A stretch of 63,640 nt of DNA, the filler included, from Lenisia limosa (lineage: Eukaryota > Protista > Breviatea): assembly GCA_001655205.1 (NCBI GenBank). It is 17 parts of 17 records of this genome, joined end to end, with 100 filler letters (N's around TTAATTAATTAA, not from the genome) between each part and the next. Parts side by side here need not be neighbours in the genome. Positions count along the whole stretch, not along the records: positions 1 to 6,628 come from LPNZ01009440.1; positions 6,729 to 10,329 come from LPNZ01005723.1; 15 more parts are not named here. One strand, given 5' to 3'. How positions within the stretch are numbered: the stretch's first letter is position 1; each line of letters opens with the position of its first letter. Position numbers and translations under genes: made by a program. Under the pieces are notes generated by a model. That model saw nothing but the letters and a program-made list of their open reading frames with translations. It was not told the DNA's origin and did no database searches. Shown in pieces: positions 1 through 10,237 of this stretch.

Positions 1-671
1 TGTGAAGGCTATGATGGCAACACATGTGCAGTGGGATGAGAACGTTTGTTAAGAAATAAAGTGTGTACCATCACTCCCAGGTGAAGACTGGAAGACTAAA
101 TAAATATCAAAAAAAATTACAGACTTTTTTAGAGAGAATAGAAGATCACGTGGTGTTGATGCTTCAGCCAGATACTCTCCCCCCCCCTTTTTTTTTTTTT
201 TNNNNNNNNNNNNNNNNNNNNNNNNNNNNNNNNNNNNNNNNNNNNNNNNNNNNNNNNNNNNNNNNNNNNNNNNNNNNNNNNNNNNNNNNNNNNNNNNNNN
301 NNNNNNNNNNNNNNNNNNNNNNNNNNNNNACAGGGGTGGGATTGGTTGGGGCTTTTTGCAGTAAAGTCTCTATTGAAACTAGGATCATAGAGATCCAGCG
401 GTTATCTTACACAAAGAAACATTTTGGGTTGTTGTTAGGGTTTCACTTCGGTTCCAAATATACTTGTGAAATATCGATATTTTCGAGGATTTATTGAGAA
501 ATTTTGTCTTTTTTCTAGCCTTAGTTGTCGTTCACTCTGTTGCTTTCTTCTTCGTTTTGGCTTTTTGTATTGCGGTGGCCCTTGAAACCAGCACGCAACC
601 AGATCCTTTTGTTACCGTCATCATCAAATCAAAAGCAGGCTCTCTTCTTTGATATCTCCTCTCACCCACAG

Positions 672-3480
672 GAGTGTTACAAGAGAGCACCCTTGAGTCC
701 CTGGAGGTACCCGGGTGCAGATGCGGCCAGGAAGACGAAAGCAAACTGGTGGGGAAACTTTTATTGAATTGTAAAGTAATCTTGGATTCCAGTCAAGGGA
801 AATATTATTATTTTATTTTTTTTCAATAAATAAAGACTCAATTGAAACTAGGATCATAGAGATCCAGCGGTTGACAGAAATAAGAAAGTAGGACCATATA
901 TTACTCGAGGTCTTAAAGTCTCTTCATTATAGAGGAAGCAAAGTCTAAAGGAGCCATAACAGATGATATGTTTTTGCTATTTTTTTCTGTAAATATGATG
1001 GAATGATCGTACCTCTACACGATGATGGGTTGTACCAGGGGTATAGTCGCGAAAATTTTCGCTATTTCGGAAAAAACTTGCATCGGGAGTGAAATTGGGG
1101 GATTAATTCCCGGCTACGGTCATACTCTGGGGGTCATCGCGCATCCCGTCCGCTCTGCGAACGCAAGCCCCAGCAGGCCTTGGTAGTACTGACGTCGGAG
1201 ACGAGTCGGGAAGGCAGGGTACTGTAGTTTTTTTTACTTTTTTTTTTCTTTCTTTTTTTTTTCTTCTTTCTTTCTTATTATTAGCACAATGTAATAATCC
1301 CCACGCTTTCCTTCGTATTATATGTCTACAAATGTTGCCCCTTTTAGATCTCTAATGTATATGATATGTTATTCCTCTTGCTCAAAAAAAAAACCTTATA
1401 CTGCATCAGATGTCTGAGCTTTGTAAGTTCGTTCGTGACACAACATCATTGAAGGAGCTCGCAATCACAGGCTGCGCAACTCCCATGAAGGTAGTAGGTA
1501 GCCATGTTTTGCTATTAATTTCAAGCAAAAAAAAAATTCCAAAATTCTTTTTTTTACTTTTTATTTTTAATATTTTTTTATGTAGTAGTAATTAATATGT
1601 CACATCACCCTCAGGTTGTGGACATCGTAACCCTCACTGATTCCAATATTGCACACCTCGATTTGGGCTGTTCTGCTCTCAATGAAGGTTTGCAGTGATG
1701 ACAAGAAAAGGGGAAATAAATCTTTTTGTGAAGTCATTAATCTTAACAAAGACACGAATCAACAAATCTAAGATGACTTACTGCACATTACTTAACGTGC
1801 CATAATCAAAGAATTTATCGTTAAATTCTTGGGAAGCTTTGATCATTGTTTGGTCTTTTTCGGACCATTACAAAGCCCTTATCAGAACATTTGTTTGTTT
1901 GGAGTTTCAGATTATTCGGTTCGTGATTAGTTCATCGAAATTTCCTTCTCATACCCCCCAACAGACTCTCTGGAAGCCCTGACTGCTGTTTTGGCGCGCG
2001 GCCGCATGCCGCTCCAATCCCTCGGCCTTTATGAGTGCATTTCATCCGACCGACACATGAGTGATGTAAGTGGAATGTAACTAATGTTAACTTTCAAGCT
2101 GTGAGCAGGGCTTCACTTCGATTTAAAAAAAGACTGAAATTCTCGATAAATCCTCGAAAACTGTCCATATTTCATCGGTATTTTCCGAACCGAAGTGAAG
2201 CCCTTGCTGTGAGTAATATTATGTATGCGCTGATTTTCAAGCTACTAGATCATGATAAATCTGTTTCATTATTTCACCCAGATAGTAGTACCTTTACCCC
2301 AATGTTCTTCATCGAAATTTCCTTCGTTTAACTCACCCCCCAGATTCTCTCAGCCGTACACAATCACCGCACCCTTACAACCCTCGACATAGGGGAGCAT
2401 CACCTGGGCGTTAGTGATTCCAAAGTGGGAAGGGGAGGGGGGGCTAAATACAGACATAGTATGTCATAGTTTTTTTAAAGTGCGAACACTAGGGCTCCGT
2501 GCAATTAATTGACAAATTAATTGCACAATTTGAAGTAGCAAGAACCCTATTCCAGACACTTTTTAAGTTGTCAATTAATTTCCTCAAAAAAGTAATTGCA
2601 CGGAGCTTTGGTTTACACTATTAAATAAACATTTCGTGAAAGTCAGAAATGTATGTACCTCTAAGGTTCAATTACCAACAAATGTATTAAGAGGCAGGTT
2701 ACCTACATTTCAGCTTTGGAAATTGGTCCTGATTTTCTCAGATGATCGGTGCCGTTTTGGACCTTGTTATGAGTTCTCCCCGTCTCACCACTTTGAGGTA
2801 AGACCTATTTAGCTCCAACTGTTCCCATGAGAAATCTCTGTCAGATAAGTTTGATAGTGTTTTTGCTGCATTCACACTCGTATATTCTCTACAATGATCT
2901 GTCAAGAGAGATGAAACCTCAGTAATTCAAAAGGAATTTCACGACTCCTTGCAATCAGTTACCTTATCAGAGTCTCATTGGCACTCCCCGAAGACGATAT
3001 TCTGTCCCTTGTCACTGCCTGGACCTCCCTCCCCCGGCTCTTGTCGCCCTTCGACGCTCTCGACACAAAGTCCACCCAATTCATGAAAAGCCTGAGCACC
3101 ACGCATCCTGGAATCTCAGTGTTTGCTGAGCGACTGTCTAGTGCCACTTTGTCCCATGTCAGCTCTCCAGGAATTATGGGTCCTGAGCAGTCAAAATTCC
3201 AGGTAAACATGGGGTTTGCTGGGATTTCATCAAGCCTGAATTTATGAGCTGAGTATTGGGTACATATTCCACTTTGTGCCAGAAAGTGTTTATAAAACTA
3301 AAATAATTTTGGTAAGATCTGAATAGTGATTTACTCCTACCTAATGTTAATTTTCATCTCCACAACTCACTTTCAACTTTTAATTTAACCGTTCAGAATT
3401 TTGGAACATACTCTTCAGCCACGCCCTGCAGACATCCTCCGAACCTCCTCGCTGGACTGACTATCATTAGTCCATCTGTG
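672..3480 (+). CDS. Multi-exon RNI-type leucine-rich repeat protein (partial)
   Basis: Phase-consistent AG/GT-bounded exons 1410-1490 (MSELCKFVRDTTSLKELAITGCATPMK), 1615-1687 (VVDIVTLTDSNIAHLDLGCSALNE), 1965-2065 (SLEALTAVLARGRMPLQSLGLYEC..), 2344-2409 (ILSAVHNHRTLTTLDIGEHHLG), 2742-2797 and 2971-3202, plus 672-748 and 3397-~3480. LxxLxL-type repeats occur roughly one per exon. Confidence 0.75.
2107..2204. mobile_element. MITE family C (~97 bp, TIR GGGCTTCACTTCGGTTCG)
   Basis: Terminal inverted repeats AGGGCTTCACTTCG..CGAAGTGAAGCCCT around the core AAAAGACTGAAATTCTCGATAAATCCTCGAAAACTATCGATATTTT. Copies near 436, 3546, 5868, 11862-11957, 17068, 26591, 27225, 38695-38787, 43200-43291 and 58004-58090. 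Confidence 0.85.
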
Positions 3481-4500
3481 GGTGGCGTTGTGACTTTCGT
3501 CCTTCCATCATCTTACATTCTTTTTTTTTTGACTATTGACTTGTACTTCACTTCGGTTCCGACTGGCAAAATATCGATAGTTTTGGAGGATTTATCGAAA
3601 CATTCAGTCTTTTTCGAACTCTGCTATTGATTTTCTCAAAATTCTTCCAATTCACCCTGTAGTCTTCTAACATGAATCCAGAGCTTATTGAGGCCTCTTT
3701 ACAAGTTGGTGGTCTTAGTCCCTTCTTTTATAATATGACATCAATAATAATTTCTATCTTATATTTTTATAGTATATCAATCAATATATTATCCCTATTT
3801 GATAAAATTGATGATAATCTTCAAAAAAGACTTCTCAAATCCAGAAAACATATATTCTACTGACAAGGTTGGAAACACAAGTGAATCGCTTATAAAGAGT
3901 ATTGTATGTATAATATTCAGTGAACGGGATAAGTCTTGACAGCTTTTTCTTGAAATCACAGTACATATAATAGTAGTATATGATATATATATATATATTA
4001 TACATATCATATAGTAATACATTGTCACCACTTCAGGACTACACATCCCCGGTGATTCCTCCTTCTCTCTTTGCTATTGCTGCTACGAAAGTTGGTGTGG
4101 GATGAGAAGAAGGTTAATTTTCAATGTTCCTCATTTTCTCGGGACCTTTTTTTCAATTGCACCTCCTCACTCCATAGGTAGTACGCCAGTACCCTGGAAT
4201 TGATGGCTCCAACACAGGACAACAAGTGGGAGAGGGGAGTAAGACAAAGGAAATTTAAAGAATATTGGCGTATAGGTACTAATCACGAACCGAATAATCT
4301 GAAACTCCAAACTGACCTCAAACAAACAAAAATAAGCAATGACAAAAACACAAAAACAGTGGGGAGGGAGGAGGGACAAGATTAGAACTCAGATTTGTTT
4401 GTGTTTCTTCTCTTTTGAAATCGACATACAATAATAAATGTCACAATGAAATCATCAAGGATTACTTATAACACCCCATGTTCATTTTTTATACCTCCAG

Positions 4501-4947
4501 GGCCCTCGCAAGAGACAGCGTCAACCAAGCCAGTATTGGAGGGAGGTGAGGAGGATTTCGCTCAGATATGTACTGCGGGATACGCCTTCCACCTCCCACC
4601 TCCAGCTTGACTGACTTTTGTTTGTTTTGTTTTTTACGCTGAGATGCGGTGCTGCAGAAGCGACTGGTCTGGGCTTTGTTTGTTTTGTTATCAACCCTTG
4701 TGTGTTGTCAGCCAACAGAGTTAATTTTGGGCTTTTTTTTTGTTTTATAAATTTCCAACCACAGGTTCTGGACGAGCATACGACGGCCTACGTTGACACA
4801 ACGCTGACGTCATGCGGATGCTGTCGCAAGCTAGTTGTGGACGGGAGCCTTGGATGGAGTGTCCTGAGAACCGCCAACAGTCTGAATATCGGCCAGGGAC
4901 CCCGATGCCACCCGGGGCTCTGTGGCGGACTCAAGGAGGCTCAGCAG
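4501..4947 (+). CDS. Two predicted exons, unknown product (may continue the LRR gene)
   Basis: Exons 4501-4545 (GPRKRQRQPSQYWRE) and 4765-4947 (VLDEHTTAYVDTTLTSCGCC..) have canonical sites and phase 0. The second acceptor is supplied by a module B copy. Confidence 0.4.
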
Positions 4948-5714
4948 GTGGGTGATGGAGTTGTTGATTTCACCATTACCCGTTGTGTCAGGGTTTAATA
5001 ATAATGGATGGGGGTCAACACAATTTTACATTCAATTCTGCATTCCCTTCATGCAATTGAACTCTGGTGACCATCCAGGTAACCACAAGCTCCATTATAC
5101 AAAATGTTGCAGCATTGGCCAGTCTTTGATTCTCTAATTAGTTATTTAAGGTGTACAGTATGGGTGTAGGTTGTAAAATAGAATGTATCAGAGAAAATCA
5201 AGATATGAANNNNNNNNNNNNNNNNNNNNNNNNNNNNNNNNNNNNNNNNNNNNNNNNNNNNNNNNNNNNNNNNNNNNNNNNNNNNNNNNNNNNNNNNNNN
5301 NNNNNNNTTTTTTGTGTGTGTGTGTATTTGTGTGTTGTCATTTGTTAACAGAACACAGAAAAAGAAAGCAATGATCGTTAGCCGTCCGTCCACACCATCA
5401 CCCTTTACGAGGTGAATTATAGTATCTCAGGAGACTTTTGCCCAAAAACATGACTTGGGTTTGTTTATGGTTGATAAGAAGACTTTCGATAAATCCTCAT
5501 GCATATCGAAAAATAGTGAACGGGATTGAAAGATTGTGTGATTGATATCTCCGAACGGGATAAGTTCTGAAAGATTTGCTATGTGATTGATTTCCTCGTG
5601 CGGTCAAGTGAATATTCCCTCATACCTGGGGGTAGAAAGAGTCTTGATGATTGAAAACACAAAAGAGGCAATAATAAATTAATTTACAGCACAATCGAGA
5701 GAAGTTGTAGACAT

Positions 5715-6463
5715 TCAGAGGGTGTTAGGGTCAGTATTGGGGCCAGTCTCAGTGTCAGCGAGGGGTACTGAGGTCTTCTTCTTGAAGATTTGGAAGTACC
5801 AGAACTGAACAATGAGGGAGGAAAGGCAGAGAGCTCGCCCTAATCATTACCATTTCTTCCAACTACGACTTCACTTCGGTTAGAAAAATACCAGTAAAAT
5901 ATCGATAATTTGAGAGTTCCATGATATCAAGCATCCCCCCCCCCCCNNNNNNNNNNCCTTCTTGTCGTCCGAAATGTTGGTGCGGTATGCTGGGGAGTAA
6001 AACGAAGGAAGTTTCGACGAAGAATATTGGCGTAAAGGTACTAATTACGAACCGAATAATCTGAAACTCCAAACAAACAAAAAAACAAAAAAAAAAAACA
6101 AACAAAAAAAANNNNNNNNNNNNNNNNNNNNNNNNNNNNNNNNNNNNNNNNNNNNNNNNNNNNNNNNNNNNNNNNNNNNNNNNNNNNNNNNNNNNNNNNN
6201 NNNNNNNNNNNNNNNNNNNNNNNNNNNNNNNNNNNNNNNNNNNNNNNNNNNNNNNNNNNNNNNNNNNNNNNNNNNNNNNNNNNNNNACATCTTGCTGGGA
6301 CAATAGAAATGCATTATGAGAAAGCCGTGTGAGTAGACGGCTTTGGTCAGACATTCTATCTGTCAACCCCAGGCCGATATCCTTGCCACACACCTTGATG
6401 GGGGGACTGAGCCTTGTTGCTCTTAGCCTTATCCTCACGACGTCCGTCACCAGCCGTGCCTTT
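5715..6463 (-). CDS. 3' end of a multi-exon gene, unknown product
   Basis: Exons 6463-6394, 5989-5958 and 5804-5715 splice in phase to KGTAGDGRREDKAKSNKAQSPHQAYRTNISDDKKFWYFQIFKKKTSVPLADTETGPNTDPNTL* (TGA). Confidence 0.6.
5990..6111 (-). repeat. Module A copy forming the acceptor of a minus-strand exon
   Basis: The reverse complement ends ..CTTCCTTCGTTTTACTCCCCAG directly before exon 5989-5958. Confidence 0.9.
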
Positions 6464-6628
6464 CTGAATGCGTCAAATCAACTATGACTACGTGTTTAAC
6501 AAGAAATGATAAAAATAGCATATCATACATATCATAATCTACTCAAACTAGAATATGTATGCAGTAAAGGCGGAAATGACGCAAATGGATCTCCTTATCT
6601 TTTACTATCTATCGCCAATGTTGGGGTG

Positions 6629-6728
6629 NNNNNNNNNNNNNNNNNNNNNNNNNNNNNNNNNNNNNNNNNNNNTTAATTAATTAANNNNNNNNNNNNNNNN
6701 NNNNNNNNNNNNNNNNNNNNNNNNNNNN
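6629..6728. other. Artificial contig-joining spacer (44 N + TTAATTAATTAA + 44 N); first of 16
   Basis: Identical 100-bp unit at 6629, 10330, 17616, 22467, 25420, 26999, 30434, 31752, 35575, 38236, 40474, 44195, 47441, 49992, 54917 and 62370 (start positions). TTAATTAATTAA puts stops in all six frames, as in pseudomolecule linkers. Confidence 0.97.
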
Positions 6729-7119
6729 AAACAAGTAAAACGAAAGAAATATCAACGAAAAATATTTGCGTAAAGGTGTTATTCACGAAGGGTGAAGAAG
6801 TATGCCTAGGAGAGGGGGGGGGGTGAACCTTGAATTGCGCGGAAATAGGGGGAGTACAACTGGAGTGATGAAAACGTTAGTCTCGGAGAAGCAAATGCGC
6901 TGGTTTGATAGGAGCGTGCTCTACCGTTGGATTGATGCCGAGTTTATTTGGGATTTTGGGTCGGTGAACAACTATATCCCGCGGCAACATTCTGGCTAAC
7001 GAAACGGGAGTATCAAATCTATTTATACTCCAAATGGTCAAATGATGTAAGTTAATACACATGATATAATATACTAGTATATATATATCTGTACATATAA
7101 TATGTAAGTACATGCTTCG

Positions 7120-8770
7120 TGTCATCAGCTTGAGAGAGAAGAGAGGCAAGATGCGATTGAAGAACTGCTCGGGCAAAAAGAATACCATGTAAACGTAGTC
7201 TATCAGGAATTCTTCTGTTACTTGAGTGTAAGGAGTAAAACAAGTATATGGGGCGTGGAGAGAGAACACTCGTGAGAAACCGGTGACCGCTTTGGATCTT
7301 TTACAAACATTCGTACTGACAGAAGCACAACTAACATGGTCCAGCCTGGTACTTGAAGATGATATCCCAGATATCGGCTTACAAAAAGATAGAGTTGACA
7401 TTAGACTTGACCAAAGCTATTTGAAAAGTGTACGTGATTCGTTGACAAGGCTAAAGTGCAAATCTACTTTAGAACAAAGGACATTGTCGTACATCCTCAT
7501 TCCGGTGAGACTAACATTGAAGACATGATTTCGTGGTAGGAGACCTGAGTGAAGCAGTACTCGGTGAATTGGCAAGAAATGCCGTTTCTAACGCTATAAG
7601 CGATAAACACTGTCAAATACCTCTACGGATTGAGGTGAAGGGTGTCACTTTGCAAGATGGTTTTTTGGAAGTACTGCAGGGATTATATGATGATGTGGTA
7701 GAGACAGTACGGCTTGTACCAAGGATCGACATCAAAAGTGAGCATCAATGCATGACTTATGGGAATGGGCTTACCAGTCGCCCAGCCCAGTGACAGACAA
7801 AAAAACTTGAAGCCTATACTCCCAGACCCTACTTGGGATTGCATGGTGCAGGGAGTGTTTTTTTGATTACTGAGCAGCTGGTTGTTCTGTTACTTAGGTT
7901 GGAGCAGAAACTGTTCATCAGCCAAAACGTTTTAAATAATGAAGAAGTTGGCACACAGGAGAATAATATTCTGCAGCAGGACGCTTCAAGGCGTATGTTA
8001 TTGATCATACATCGGGCCAGCCATGGCACTTTGAGACAGATTCCGCTGTCGCAGTGATGCAGTTCTTTGATACCTTCAAACTCAGGGGGAAGAAGACCCC
8101 CGGGAGATTGACCTAGCATTTAGGCCTACGGTTGATGATGACCTTATGGTCAGTGCCACCCCGCACTGGCTGTTATGCAAGTATCATAAAACCCAAGGGG
8201 TTGCAAAGGAAGGAGAAGAGATCTTGGATCCTTCTAAGATAATGCTCAAGTCAAAGCCCAGTCGGAGAATGAATAAGTTTGGAGACGAGACTTTGAAAGA
8301 ATCAAAAAAAAACAGAAACGATTGGTAAAGCCCCCAAACTCATCCCCTAAAGATTCTCTTGAGGTTCCCAATCATCACAGAAATAATACGGTTATTGAAT
8401 TAAAAGTTGTATTTTGTGTTGATTCGACCCAGAGCAAGCCACACTTAGAACCTCTTTTTCGCTTTCTATTCCCGACTCACAGTATCACCTTGCATAAAAG
8501 GCACCATCAGCGACGTCAGTTCTATCATGTATCTGCGAGGTATTAAAACTCAGACATTTCTGTCATCTATTTGACAGATTAGAACATCAGCAAGTTCTAG
8601 TTGGAAATATAAGATCATTTTAATACCCCCCTACTGAAAGATATAACTACCCCCTTTGACATCAAGGTATTATTCATGATTGACGGTCGAACACTCGGCA
8701 TTTCGGCCATTTCCAAAGAATCAAGACTACCCTCTCTCTCTACATCAATGCTGTTCGAAAAATTCTATAA
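7120..8770 (+). pseudogene. Decayed intronless coding remnant, possibly a tyrosine-recombinase-type mobile element gene
   Basis: Consecutive protein-like segments 7283-7528, 7533-8111 (one frame with two in-frame TGA), 8101-8328 and 8322-8546, linked by frameshifts, with no host-type introns. Motif-like strings in order: GGRRP/REI (~8085-8110), YHKT (8182-8193), FLFP, TPFDIK, FGH..IKTT..LY (~8700-8745). Family identity is inference. Confidence 0.35.
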
Positions 8771-8821
8771 ATCCTCGATATCTATTAATAACCGCCCCCG
8801 CCCCGCCCCCCTCCCGCTTAC

Positions 8822-10053
8822 ATTAAGGTAGTCATGATGGACGGTTGGACACACGGCATTTCGAGCACTTTTTTCATTGAAGTTGCTTGTAGAATGAAGC
8901 CTTCTTGGAGAAGCGTACGAGCGGTGAGGGGGGTAGAAACTGCCACTGAGATTACCTGCGAGGGTTATGATAAAAGGGTAATAGAATAATATATAGTTAT
9001 ATATATGTGTGTGTGGGGGGGGGGGCAACACGACGGAAGCTTTGATGAATACTGACAGAAGGTNNNNNNNNNNNNNNNNNNNNNNNNNNNNNNNNNNNNN
9101 NNNNNNNNNNNNNNNNNNNNNNNNNNNNNNNNNNNNNNNNNNTTGCCAAATCGGACAAAATTATGATGATTGAATCTTGTTACTCTGATGATATGATGTA
9201 CACAACTTTCTGCGTGCTTCCATATGAAGACATACAATTTTCAAAAATAAACTAGCAAGTTATAGAACTTCCCACAAAACCTGCCAAATTAGCCTCAGAA
9301 AAGGGGGACATAATGGGGCGGCGTCCAAGGCGGCTATACATGACGAAACAACGGAGAATGGAATTTCCTTTTTTCGCTGCATGTCTGACAGCGATAGATT
9401 GATCACACACTAAATCGTTTAATAGATTGATGGTGATGATGATGATAAAGATGATGCGATGATGATAATGTGATGAGGATGATTATTGCCAGAATTGTTT
9501 AACAGGTTGTTGCTGTTGATGATGCTACTGATGATGACGCTGATGATGATGAGGATAAAGCTGTTAAAATATGTATCCTCACCTCCAGAGTAAGAGAAAC
9601 CTCGAGGCTTGTTAAGACTCGGTCATTCGGCTCGCCTTCCTGGGGATATGACAAATAAAAATAGTATTGGGGTTACTTCCGTTTGAAAAAGACTGGTAAT
9701 TATCAGTTTTCGAGGATTTATCGTGTTGGGATATGACAAGGGCTTCCCTATTTTTTTTTCGATAAATTCTCGAATAATATCGATATTTTACCGGTCTTTT
9801 TTTTGTCATATGACAAATAAAAAGAGAACTGGGAATTTTGAAATTGTATTAGGATCTCATATGTATGATGGAAAATAAAAATAATAGTAATAAAAAATAT
9901 AACCGCGATGTGTGAAAGCAGACAAGAAGTTCACCCCTTACCCCATTCTCAAATAATTGCCACCACCCACAAAAGGCGCAGTATGGTCCAATTCGTCTTC
10001 CTTATATTCGGCAACTGAATGCAAAAGTCGCGTCACACGTGGACAGAGAATGT
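8822..10053 (-). CDS. Predicted exons of a host gene, unknown product
   Basis: AG/GT-bounded exons 10053-9967 (ILCPRVTRLLHSVAEYKEDELDHTAPFV) and 8955-8822 (NLSGSFYPPHRSYASPRR..HHDYLN), followed by the donor GTAAGC and a G-rich run. Confidence 0.4.
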
Positions 10054-10099
10054 CTGGAAATGTCATAGATTGTTCACATGTAGTATAGATGATATATAG

Positions 10100-10237
10100 C
10101 AATGAGAAATAAAAAATAAGGTTGTATCTGACCGAAGCCATCAACACCATCACGCTTATAAGATATATTGGATTATAGTATAATAGTAATTCACCCAATC
10201 ATTTTCCTTACAACTCTGTGCACATAACTTCCTGCAC
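10100..10237 (-). repeat. Intronic module E (reference copy)
   Basis: GCACGCAGAAAGCTGTGTGCACAGAGTTGTAAGGAAAATGATTG.GTGAATT-[AT-rich]-TATCTCTTATAAGCGTGATGGTGTGGACGGCTTCGGCCAGATACAACCTT.TTTTATTTCTCATT. Whole or half copies near 12585(+), 14405(-), 18385(-), 27700(+), 28310(+), 28998(+), 35675(-), 36838(+), 37812(+), 43003(-), 44150(-), 47960(+), 48095(-), 53665(+), 61865(+), 63405(+). Confidence 0.88.

Noticed and set aside
1688-1964. Classic Introner (whole intron equals element)
   Set aside because: Introns sharing module A or B have unrelated 5' parts and lengths; only 3' segments are homologous in this window.
6673-6684. Recurrent TTAATTAATTAA palindrome as a biological motif
   Set aside because: Always centred in exactly 44+44 N; an artificial six-frame-stop linker. 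Adjacency of genes across spacers therefore carries no meaning.
10100-10237. Calling module E a C/D snoRNA or tRNA-derived SINE
   Set aside because: No intact RUGAUGA/CUGA pair with a terminal stem and no clear A/B boxes; left as an unclassified repeat.
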